DNA of 64,000 nt from Lachnospiraceae bacterium. GTDB lineage: Bacteria > Bacillota > Clostridia > Lachnospirales > Lachnospiraceae. Location: contig JBNMLC010000006.1 of assembly GCA_050874665.1 (NCBI GenBank), positions 12,930-76,929 of the forward strand, read 5' to 3'. Positions 29,763-37,864 of this stretch are shown piece after piece; position 1 is the stretch's first letter, and every line of letters begins with the position of its first letter. The position numbers and the translations under genes were made by a program. Below the pieces are notes generated by a model. That model was not told the origin of the DNA, made no database searches, and worked only from the letters and a program-made list of their open reading frames with translations.

Positions 29763-30809
29763 TTATTTTGCTACTGCTTTATCAAGAAAGCTGGTATCAA
29801 TGTGATTTTTAATTTCTTCCTCTGTCAATTCATTTGTAATCATATCATGAGTTTCAAGAAAATCATAAGTCTCTTTTAAATTTTTCTCGTAATCTTCATC
29901 CCATATAATAGTTCTGTCAGCGTCCTTATTCGTATTTTTTACACGTTCTACTTCAAAACCCGAAAACTCAGCAACTACTTCATAAGCCTCTTCTTCATTT
30001 TCTTTAATCCATTGTTCCGCTTTGTACAATGCCTCCACCAATTTTTCTAACTCATCCGGATGTTCCTCAAGAAACTTATTCGATACAACATTATAGGAAT
30101 ATGCCGGATGTTTTGAGCAGTCTGCCACTTTTATAAATCCCTGATTTTCCACCTTGTCATGAATATAATCTGCATTCATTGCAAGATAGCCGTCGATATC
30201 TCCACTTTCAAAAGCTGCATCTGCATCACTTGTAGATGTAATATTTACAATATTAACATCTTTTTCATCAATTCCTGCATCATTTAAAATTCCAATTAAA
30301 GATTTATGAACATATGTACCTACAAATACGCCAATTTTTTTCCCCTTAAAATCATTTACATCAGAAATTCCAGCATTCTCTGGTGAAATAATTCCAATAT
30401 TTTCTCCCTGCTTTGCTGCTCCTGAAACAATAGTAGTTTCCACACCATTACCAATTCCGATAATAATTGGCTGGTCACCGATACCATTTACGAAATCAAT
30501 ATCTCCTGCTATAAATGCCTCATTTGCAGCCGGTCCATTTTCAAATTCTACCAATTCTACCTTTACATTATTCCCCGCAAAAGCTTCATCTAAGAAACCC
30601 TTTTGGTAAGCCACCAGAAACTGATCATTCCAGATAGAAAATGGAAAATATGCAACCCTGATTACTGTTTCTTCTTTATTTTCTGTTGTTTTTGAATCAA
30701 CACCAGTCTGTGTATCCTCTTTTGAAGTACTTGTGCAGCCTGCAAGCACTCCTAAAGATAAAGTAAATACTACTGCCAATGCAAAAAATCTTTTCGCTAT
30801 ATTTTTCAT
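29763..30809 (-). CDS. ABC transporter substrate-binding lipoprotein, NMT1/SsuA-like
   Basis: Signal peptide with lipobox LAGC. 348 aa. Sits between the two enzyme modules. Confidence 0.75.
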   Translation of the reverse strand: MKNIAKRFFALAVVFTLSLGVLAGCTSTSKEDTQTGVDSKTTENKEETVIRVAYFPFSIWNDQFLVAYQKGFLDEAFAGNNVKVELVEFENGPAANEAFIAGDIDFVNGIGDQPIIIGIGNGVETTIVSGAAKQGENIGIISPENAGISDVNDFKGKKIGVFVGTYVHKSLIGILNDAGIDEKDVNIVNITSTSDADAAFESGDIDGYLAMNADYIHDKVENQGFIKVADCSKHPAYSYNVVSNKFLEEHPDELEKLVEALYKAEQWIKENEEEAYEVVAEFSGFEVERVKNTNKDADRTIIWDEDYEKNLKETYDFLETHDMITNELTEEEIKNHIDTSFLDKAVAK

Positions 30810-30830
30810 AAATCATCTCTCCTCTTTTTA

Positions 30831-31301
30831 TTACTCTACACCATACAAGCGGTCTAAATGCTTTAACAATGGATATTTCTTTTCATCTTCTTGTACCCGG
30901 ACAGCAAATGTTTCCTCTTTCACCACTTCCGGTTCAATTGTCCAGATTGCTGCCAAATCTATATCGCCAAGCTTTTCTCGCAAGAAAACATAAGCTTTTT
31001 CAAATTTCTTTCCTGCGGTAACGCTTTTTAATGGTTTTCCCACAATCTCATAACTCTTTCCATGATTTGTCAGAATGTTGACTGCAACTTTTTTATCAAA
31101 CCAGATGCTATGTACAAAGTTCTGGTTATTTCTTGAGCTTTCCAACACTTCATAAAACTCTAAATTTCCTTCTTCATTTACATAAAGACTTCCTTTAAAT
31201 ACTACATGGGGAATTCCATTCTTATCAATTGATGCGACGACTTTTAATGTATCTTTTGCACTGATATATTCTTTTAATTCTTCGCTTATAATGTCTGCCA
31301 T
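30831..31301 (-). CDS. PNPOx-like / split-barrel flavin-binding family protein (module 2)
   Basis: 156 aa. ...LKVVASIDKNGIPHVVFKGS... Shares GIPHVV, WFDKKVA and DLAA strings with 27917-28387. Confidence 0.55.
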   Translation of the reverse strand: MADIISEELKEYISAKDTLKVVASIDKNGIPHVVFKGSLYVNEEGNLEFYEVLESSRNNQNFVHSIWFDKKVAVNILTNHGKSYEIVGKPLKSVTAGKKFEKAYVFLREKLGDIDLAAIWTIEPEVVKEETFAVRVQEDEKKYPLLKHLDRLYGVE

Positions 31302-31311
31302 ATTCTTCCTC

Positions 31312-32565
31312 CTAAACTCTTAGCAAATCCATACCTGGATGTGCACCGCACCTTCTATAATCATCTGTGTATGGATTCACTCCATATTTATGCGATAAAA
31401 TATCAAATTGTCGATAAGTTTTAATAAAATATTCCAAAGATGGTGTATCCTGATTTTGGAATATGGAGCCTGGAGAAGTTCTCCATACATTTGCCGCAAG
31501 TGCAATTCCATGAGATATAATTTCTTCCGCCTGCTCTATTACATTTTTATATGCTTCTTCTTCCGTTGCAAATCCATTCGGTTTTGCAAGTTCAGTTCCT
31601 AAGACTACGCCAGAAGATATATTACCTTTACCAAATATATCTACCGCTGCATACAAACGGCGTTTCCATTCTTCATATCCGATATGTCTTGCTTTTCCAG
31701 GACATATCCAGTCAAATTTTTCTTTATTCAGCACTTCAATATCTGTTGTATACGTCATTAATTTAGTCTCATGGTATAGGCGTTCTAACTGTTTTTCATT
31801 GAATGCAGAAGAAATCAGCTGACTTGGAATACGATCTGCATTGAAATTTTCTCCAATAGCCTGAAGAATTTCAATGTAACCTTCCAGTTCATCATCCAGC
31901 AATTCTTCACCGGAAAGTATCGAACCTCCTGTCAGGAGAATGCTTGAAAATCTTCCTTTTTGTTTCAAAGCCTCTTTCACCGTTTCTGCTATATATTTCA
32001 CCGGATATCTCTCTTCTTTTTCTCCACGCTTTATGTAATTAGGAGCCATCGGGCAATATTTGCATCCTTCTTTGGCTGTATCCCAAAAATGGCACCACTG
32101 GCACATATAAATATCTATTCTCTGAGGTCTTGCAGTTGCATAACGGCTCATTGGTTCCCCATTGGAAGCCTTTTTATCATAAAAATCTGGTTTTTCCCAA
32201 TATCCGACCTCTTCTAATACTTTCCCCTGGTCTGTGATAACAATTTTATCATCCACAACATCCACTATATATGGATCTCTCTGTGCTTTCTCAGGGTCAA
32301 AGTCAAAGTTCGTAATCAGGTAGGAACCATCCCTGAGAGTCAGACTCTCAGGGGCGTAATCCTGTGTCGTTCGAAATCCGGCAATTGTTCCTATATTGAC
32401 TTGATGGATATTAGGGACTATGCGTTCCTTCGCTGCCTGTGTATAAATTACACCTCTCCTCTGCACATCTACCTTCAAAGTCCAAATCGGTGGAACATCC
32501 GGATATTTTTTCAAAACTTCATCTAAGCTTAATTCTTTTTTTCTCCATTCTTTATCTCGTGCCAT
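31312..32565 (-). CDS. uncharacterised Fe-S / radical-SAM-like enzyme with a CX9CX2C triad (module 2)
   Basis: ARPQRIDIYMCQWCHFWDTAKEGCKYC, then LLTGGSILSGEE. Shares WEKPDFYDK, TYTTD.EVLNKE, CPGKAR, TPSLEY and YTDDYRRCG.HP with 28461-29729. Confidence 0.5.
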   Translation of the reverse strand: MARDKEWRKKELSLDEVLKKYPDVPPIWTLKVDVQRRGVIYTQAAKERIVPNIHQVNIGTIAGFRTTQDYAPESLTLRDGSYLITNFDFDPEKAQRDPYIVDVVDDKIVITDQGKVLEEVGYWEKPDFYDKKASNGEPMSRYATARPQRIDIYMCQWCHFWDTAKEGCKYCPMAPNYIKRGEKEERYPVKYIAETVKEALKQKGRFSSILLTGGSILSGEELLDDELEGYIEILQAIGENFNADRIPSQLISSAFNEKQLERLYHETKLMTYTTDIEVLNKEKFDWICPGKARHIGYEEWKRRLYAAVDIFGKGNISSGVVLGTELAKPNGFATEEEAYKNVIEQAEEIISHGIALAANVWRTSPGSIFQNQDTPSLEYFIKTYRQFDILSHKYGVNPYTDDYRRCGAHPGMDLLRV

Positions 32566-32585
32566 ATCCTAGCTTTCTCCTTTTC

Positions 32586-33764
32586 TTACAGATTCTTCTT
32601 AATTTCTTCCACCTTATCCAATCTTTCCCACGGTAAATCAATATCTGTTCTTCCAAAGTGACCATATGCTGCCGTCTGCTTATAAATTGGTCTTCTTAAA
32701 TCTAAGGCATCAATGATTGCTGCCGGTCTTAAATCAAATACCTTTTCGATTACTTCGACAATCTTTTCTTCCTGAACCGTTCCTGTTCCAAAGGTGTCTA
32801 CTGCAATTGATACCGGTTTTGCTACACCGATGGCATAAGCAAGTTCCACTTCTGCTTTCTTTGCAAGCCCCGCTGCTACTAAATTCTTTGCCACCCATCT
32901 TGCTGCGTATGCTGCAGAACGGTCAACCTTTGTCGGATCTTTTCCTGAAAATGCTCCACCGCCGTGACGACCTGTACCACCGTAAGTATCTACAATAATC
33001 TTTCTTCCGGTTAATCCGGCATCCCCCTGTGGTCCTCCAATTACGAAACGTCCAGTTGGATTGACATAATAAATCGTATCTTTATCCAACAGTTCTGCCG
33101 GAATCACTGGTTCGATTACATACTTAATAATGTCCTTGCGAATCTGCTCTAGAGTTATTGCCTCTGCATGCTGGGTAGAAATAACAATGGTATGAACTCT
33201 CTTTACATTATTGTTATCATCAAATTCTACTGTTACCTGTGACTTTCCATCCGGTCTCAAATAAGGAACTGTTCCATCCTTTCTCACCTTTGCCAGTTGC
33301 CTCGTAAGTCTGTGTGCAAAAGAAATTGCCGGTGGCAAGTATTCTGGCGTTTCATCTGTTGCGTATCCAAAGATAATTCCCTGGTCACCAGCACCTGTAC
33401 CAAAATCTTCTGTAGCACCTTCTTGTTTTGATTCATATGCCTTGTCCACGCCAAGTGCGATATCCGGTGACTGTTCATCCAAAGATGTCAGTACTGCAAT
33501 GGAATCTGCATCAAAACCACCAGCACTTCCGTCATAACCAATTTCCCGAATAGTGTCTCTTGCAATCTTCGCAATATCAACATAAGCATTTGTAGATATC
33601 TCTCCAACTACTAATGCCAGCCCGGTTGCAACCGTTGTTTCTGCTGCAACTCTTGCGTTTGGATCTTGTGCAATTAATGCATCTAAAATTGCATCGGATA
33701 CTTGATCCGCAATTTTATCTGGATGTCCTTCTGTTACTGATTCTGATGTAAATAATTTACTCAT
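32586..33764 (-). CDS. metK: S-adenosylmethionine synthetase
   Basis: [19 protein letters not shown] and GGGAFSGKD motifs. 392 aa. Only 20 nt, with no hairpin, before the next gene. Confidence 0.97.
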   Translation of the reverse strand: MSKLFTSESVTEGHPDKIADQVSDAILDALIAQDPNARVAAETTVATGLALVVGEISTNAYVDIAKIARDTIREIGYDGSAGGFDADSIAVLTSLDEQSPDIALGVDKAYESKQEGATEDFGTGAGDQGIIFGYATDETPEYLPPAISFAHRLTRQLAKVRKDGTVPYLRPDGKSQVTVEFDDNNNVKRVHTIVISTQHAEAITLEQIRKDIIKYVIEPVIPAELLDKDTIYYVNPTGRFVIGGPQGDAGLTGRKIIVDTYGGTGRHGGGAFSGKDPTKVDRSAAYAARWVAKNLVAAGLAKKAEVELAYAIGVAKPVSIAVDTFGTGTVQEEKIVEVIEKVFDLRPAAIIDALDLRRPIYKQTAAYGHFGRTDIDLPWERLDKVEEIKKNL

Positions 33765-33859
33765 AATTTATCTTCCTCTCTTATTCTCTTAATTTTGAAA
33801 TTTGCTTATCTGTTTATTTTTGTTTATTTTTTTATTCTGCTATTATCTATTATTTTATT

Positions 33860-33955
33860 TTATAAAGAAGTGAAGCAACAATTTTCCCTCTCCTCTGTTG
33901 CAATGCATCTACATTGTGTCTGTCTGTTCCAATAACTGGTTGTCTTCTTTTTCAT
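33860..33955 (-). CDS. candidate 31-codon Cys-rich upstream ORF / leader peptide in the metK 5' region
   Basis: AAGGAG lies 9 nt before the ATG. MKKKTTSYWNRQTQCRCIATEERENCCFTSL has 4 Cys. Below the ORF-track cutoff. It could be a chance ORF. Confidence 0.25.
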   Translation of the reverse strand: MKKKTTSYWNRQTQCRCIATEERENCCFTSL

Positions 33956-34061
33956 ACTTCTTCTCTCCTTATTGTTTATTTAAGGAATCAAGTTTTTATT
34001 TTCTTTCTTCCTTACAACGCAAATCATATCCTAGTTTTCCTATTTATTCCATATGAAAACT

Positions 34062-34075
34062 TGAAATCGTTTACA
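34062..34075. promoter_or_regulatory. cre / LacI-family operator-like palindrome O1
   Basis: TGAAATCGTTTACA fits the cre consensus TGWAANCGNTNWCA at every defined position. Confidence 0.45.
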
Positions 34076-34154
34076 TCTTTTTCTAGTTATGATATAAAAA
34101 TATATAAAAAAGATTAAAATTTTTCATACGTTTTATTCAAAATATTTTCATTTT

Positions 34155-34168
34155 TGAAATCGTTTACA
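34155..34168. promoter_or_regulatory. cre / LacI-family operator-like palindrome O2 (identical copy)
   Basis: Identical TGAAATCGTTTACA (15 nt identical counting the preceding T), 93 bp from O1. Confidence 0.45.
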
Positions 34169-34296
34169 CGATCACTTTTTCCTCATTCTAAGGGACTTCG
34201 CAAAGATTAAAAACAGAACATAAGAAGAATTTTATTCTATATTTTGAAGAAGTGCATCAAATGGAACTGTTGTACCCTAAAAACAGTTGCTTTCAC

Positions 34297-34335
34297 AAAA
34301 TAAATACCCCGCCCAAACGACGAGGTATTTATTTT
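34297..34335 (-). terminator. weak AT-rich hairpin after the LacI-family gene
   Basis: aaaataaatacc / ggtatttatttt arms with a 15-nt loop, and only two G-C pairs. Confidence 0.3.
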
Positions 34336-34368
34336 GGATTCTTATACTAATCATCCATATTTGCAATT

Positions 34369-35448
34369 TTAAATATAATATTCACACCAGCCGCTTTCGT
34401 CTGCCGCTATACAACTACTTCTTACTATCAGTTTTCCTTCTAACTCTGTACGAACAACACTTGTATGTCCGCCTTTGATTCGATCAAGCAGCAAATATAT
34501 AGCAAATTTTCCCATCTCTTCTCTGGGCAATCTTACTGTGGTAAGCATTGGTTTTGTGTACTGTGCTTCCTCAATATCGTCACTTCCAATAATAGAGGGC
34601 ATATAATAAAGGTTTTTAAACTTTTTAAGACATTTTAACATTCCAATAGCAGTAATATCATTGGCACAATAAATACCGGTAGGGTAATCACCGGACTGTA
34701 ACATTTGTTCCATCACCTTATACCCTTCTGTCTCCGTCTGCTTTGTTTCTATCACATAATTTTCTTCACATTCCAGCCTATATCTTTGAAGAGTATCAAT
34801 ATATCCTCTATACCTGGCTTCATTATGACACTCCCCAACATACCCTATGCTTTTATGCCCCAACTCAATTAAATATTCCACTGCCGTTGAAGCTACTTTG
34901 TATCCATCGCATAACACCTCATCTACTTCATTATTAGTCGAATTTCTATTAATAGAAACTACATTTTTATATTTATTCTTTAGCTTTTTCAACGCTACTT
35001 TATTACATTTTCCAACTATAATGAGACCATTGCATCTCTCATTCGGTTCGTTATGCATTTCTTCAATAATTTGATCCAAATTTTCTGTTCTGCATTTTCT
35101 ATCATTAGAAAACACAGACATATACATTACTTTAGATAAAATGCAGGACTGCTTATGTATTTCACTCTCAATCACACGCAAAAGTTCTGTAAAAAATGGA
35201 TCTGCTTTAGAAACATCAATACGCGTCATTAATACATGGATATAATATGTTTTTTCTGGTGTAATACCCTTTTTCAAATTGCGTGCCGCTTCATTTGGGA
35301 CGTAATTCATTTCTATAGCAAGTTTCCATATTTTATCCCTTAATTGAGATGAAGAACATTTATAATTTGGATTATTCAGCACTCTGGATACAGTGGCTGT
35401 AGATACTCCTACCTTTTGTGCAATTTTTTTTAAAGACATAATTCTCAT
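34369..35448 (-). CDS. LacI family transcriptional regulator
   Basis: N-terminal HTH SLKKIAQKVGVSTATVSRVLNN followed by a periplasmic-binding-protein-like sugar domain. 359 aa. Confidence 0.85.
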   Translation of the reverse strand: MRIMSLKKIAQKVGVSTATVSRVLNNPNYKCSSSQLRDKIWKLAIEMNYVPNEAARNLKKGITPEKTYYIHVLMTRIDVSKADPFFTELLRVIESEIHKQSCILSKVMYMSVFSNDRKCRTENLDQIIEEMHNEPNERCNGLIIVGKCNKVALKKLKNKYKNVVSINRNSTNNEVDEVLCDGYKVASTAVEYLIELGHKSIGYVGECHNEARYRGYIDTLQRYRLECEENYVIETKQTETEGYKVMEQMLQSGDYPTGIYCANDITAIGMLKCLKKFKNLYYMPSIIGSDDIEEAQYTKPMLTTVRLPREEMGKFAIYLLLDRIKGGHTSVVRTELEGKLIVRSSCIAADESGWCEYYI

Positions 35449-35455
35449 TCGCTTT

Positions 35456-36223
35456 CTAATATTTATCTTTATTTTCTGTGATATCTTTCACAATTTCCGC
35501 AGCTATCATCAGCCCCGCTACCGAAGGTACGAATGCAAGACTGCCCGGTATATCTCTGCGTTCCGTACATTTATGCTTTGTATCCGGTGGGCAGATGCAG
35601 TTACTCCTGCAACTAATCGACATATCCTCTAATGGTCTTGTAGGCTTTTCTGTAGAATATACTACCTTTAACCTTTTAACATTTCGTTTCCGCAGCTCTC
35701 TTCTCATCACCTTTGCCAAAGGACACATCGTAGTTCGATAAATATCGTCCACTTTAAACTTGGACGGGTCTTTCTTATTTCCGGCACCCATACAGCTGAT
35801 CACCGGGACACCTGCTTCCTGTGCCCTCATAACAATATCTAACTTCGCAGTTACCGTATCTACTGCATCCACTACATAGGAATAATCCTCAAAATTAAAT
35901 TCATTTGCCGTTTCTGGAAGATAAAAGCACTTATGCACGTATACCTTTGCCTGAGGATTAATTTCCAAGATACGTTCCTTCATTACTTCTGCCTTATATT
36001 TTCCCACAGTACTTTTCGTAGCAATAATTTGTCGATTTATATTGGTAAGACAAATTTTATCATCATCGACCAAATCAAAGGAGCCTACGCCAGACCTTGC
36101 CAATGCTTCAACCACATATCCGCCAACTCCCCCTATGCCAAATACGGCAACCCTTGTCTGCCCTAATGTCTCCATTGCTGTTTTTCCAAGCAATAATTCA
36201 GAACGCGAAAACTGATTTAACAT
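35456..36223 (-). CDS. tcdA: tRNA threonylcarbamoyladenosine dehydratase (ThiF-family, TcdA/CsdL-like)
   Basis: VAVFGIGGVGGY nucleotide loop. 255 aa. No CxxC zinc pairs, unlike MoeB. Confidence 0.8.
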   Translation of the reverse strand: MLNQFSRSELLLGKTAMETLGQTRVAVFGIGGVGGYVVEALARSGVGSFDLVDDDKICLTNINRQIIATKSTVGKYKAEVMKERILEINPQAKVYVHKCFYLPETANEFNFEDYSYVVDAVDTVTAKLDIVMRAQEAGVPVISCMGAGNKKDPSKFKVDDIYRTTMCPLAKVMRRELRKRNVKRLKVVYSTEKPTRPLEDMSISCRSNCICPPDTKHKCTERRDIPGSLAFVPSVAGLMIAAEIVKDITENKDKY

Positions 36224-36248
36224 AACTTCTATCTCTCCAATCTTATTT

Positions 36249-36572
36249 TCAAACTAAATTTACCAATATCATATACGCACCGGTACCCGCAACAATACTC
36301 AAGAACACATTATGTTTCCATTTATAACTTGCAAAAACGACTGCTAATGCCAGAAATTTAGGAATTCCGACTCCTGCCACGTCACTTGCTACATCCTTAA
36401 AGCAATACACAATTAAGACTGCCATAATAGAGGACGGCAGCATCTCACCTAAGCATTTCAGCTTTGCCGGCATCTTCCTTTCACCCTGAAATGCTAAAAA
36501 GGGTAAGGCCCGCAGACAAAAAGTAATCACTGCTGCCAAAAGAATTGTCATAATTATTCTAGTTGTTTTCAT
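36249..36572 (-). CDS. azlD: AzlD family branched-chain amino acid transport protein
   Basis: 107-aa hydrophobic protein directly downstream of the azlC-like gene. Confidence 0.75.
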   Translation of the reverse strand: MKTTRIIMTILLAAVITFCLRALPFLAFQGERKMPAKLKCLGEMLPSSIMAVLIVYCFKDVASDVAGVGIPKFLALAVVFASYKWKHNVFLSIVAGTGAYMILVNLV

Positions 36573-36582
36573 AATACGCCTC

Positions 36583-37278
36583 TCATTTCCTTTGTTTTTC
36601 TTCCATCTTTAAAAGTAAGATTCCAGAAGTTCCCAGAAGGGACGGCAGCATAAAACTGCTTTCTTTAAAAAGGAGCAGACACAAAACTGCCACAAACAAA
36701 CCAGTTAACGCCGGAAAATGACTCTGACTTTTTTCCCACTGTTCTATAAAAATAATAACAAATAATGCCGTCATACAAAAATCAATTCCTTCTAAATTAA
36801 ATGGCAGCACTTGACCTAATACGCCACCCAGCACTGTTCCTGCCATCCAGTAACATCTGCTAAACAACGCCACATAAAACATAACCTCTTTCTTTTCTTT
36901 TTCCGGAAGTTCTAAAGAACAATTGACAGCATAGGTTTCGTCTGTCATTGTATGAATCATATAAGGTAAGCGTCTTCCCATTTTCTTAAATTCTTCCAAA
37001 AAGGTCAAGCTGTAAAAAGTCTGCCTGCTATTCATTAAAAACGCTGTCAACGCTACGGTAAGCATCGAGGCTCCACTGCTTAAAAAAGTAATAAGCACAA
37101 ACTGAAATGCACCCGTATACACAGCCATACTTGTAAATAAAGCATAATACCAATGAAACCCTGACTTTTCCATTAACATTCCGTATGCCATACTTACAAA
37201 GATATAACTGCACAGAATGGGCAATGACTTAACAAATGCTAACTTTATTGCATATTTTTTCAACCCCAACAATATCAC
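36583..37278 (-). CDS. azlC: AzlC family ABC... (AzlC family branched-chain amino acid permease component)
   Basis: 231-aa polytopic membrane protein paired with azlD. Non-ATG (GTG) start in the track ORF. Confidence 0.8.
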   Translation of the reverse strand: MILLGLKKYAIKLAFVKSLPILCSYIFVSMAYGMLMEKSGFHWYYALFTSMAVYTGAFQFVLITFLSSGASMLTVALTAFLMNSRQTFYSLTFLEEFKKMGRRLPYMIHTMTDETYAVNCSLELPEKEKKEVMFYVALFSRCYWMAGTVLGGVLGQVLPFNLEGIDFCMTALFVIIFIEQWEKSQSHFPALTGLFVAVLCLLLFKESSFMLPSLLGTSGILLLKMEEKQRK

Positions 37279-37363
37279 CTTTTTCCTATGTGTTTACTAG
37301 GATTATAAGTCAAAAAAAGAAAGCGGTCAAGTAGACAAACCTCTTTTTCTCACTTAATAACTC

Positions 37364-37409
37364 AAAATCCCAGCAAATTCATGCCGAAACATAATTTCAC
37401 TGGGATTTT
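37364..37409 (-). terminator. hairpin downstream of RNase P RNA
   Basis: aaaatcccag / ctgggatttt arms (10 bp) with a 26-nt loop, between rnpB and azlC. Confidence 0.45.
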
Positions 37410-37422
37410 ATTTACAAAACAT

Positions 37423-37775
37423 ACTAAGCAAGACGATAAGCCGGGTTATGTCGCGAATCATCATCTATCTAGGACTGTCGTCGCCAACAGCCTCCAGCAA
37501 CCAACCTAGAACCGACGGGCCATCGTATGTTCAAATTCGGTTTTGCTTCGAGTGGGGTTTACATATGCCCTATGTGTTACCACATAGGCGGTAGTCCCTT
37601 ACACTGCCCTTCCACCCTTACCATATTGTAGCACAATATGGCGGTATATTTCTGTTGCACTAGCCTTGGAGTCACCTCCACCAGACGTTATCTGGCACCC
37701 TGCCCTGTGAAGCCCGGACTTTCCTCACCTGCGGCCTTTCGGCACTTGCAGCTGCGATGATTTGTCTTACTTACT
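37423..37775 (-). ncRNA. rnpB: RNase P RNA (bacterial)
   Basis: Minus strand contains the universally conserved GAGGAAAGUCCGGGCUUCACAGGGCAGGGUGCCAGAUAACGUCUGG. The 5' AAGUAAGACAA pairs with the 3' UCGUCUUGCUU (P1). About 350 nt in a gene-free gap. Confidence 0.9.
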
Positions 37776-37780
37776 AAAGT

Positions 37781-37809
37781 ATCATATCGGATTTCTTCTG
37801 CACTGTCAA
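37781..37809 (-). promoter_or_regulatory. rnpB promoter
   Basis: Minus strand: TTGACA (37804-37809), 17 nt, TATGAT (37781-37786), ending about 6 nt before the predicted RNA 5' end. Confidence 0.6.
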
Positions 37810-37864
37810 GCCTTTCTATCAGGAGTTGTATGGAGTTGTATGGCAGTAATTTAATTCTTCTAAA

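Noticed and set aside
33860-33955. Cys-rich 31-aa peptide as a RiPP precursor for the two radical-SAM-like enzymes
   Set aside because: The associated ABC system is an importer type (lipoprotein SBP plus TauC-like permease). I saw no SPASM-type extra Cys clusters, leader peptidase or exporter, and metK lies between the peptide and the enzymes. It is kept only as a minor alternative.
33765-34368. Expected an S-box (SAM-I) or SMK-box riboswitch upstream of metK
   Set aside because: I read the minus strand of the whole gap. It has no CUUAUCAAGAG...GGCCC...GCAACC-type core and no SD-sequestering SMK helix. The region is AT-rich with only short hairpins. A covariance-model scan is still needed to be sure.
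37822-37843. Tandem duplication ggagttgtat-ggagttgtat upstream of rnpB
   Set aside because: It is only two 10-nt copies in an intergenic spacer, and no larger repeat structure or second locus was seen.
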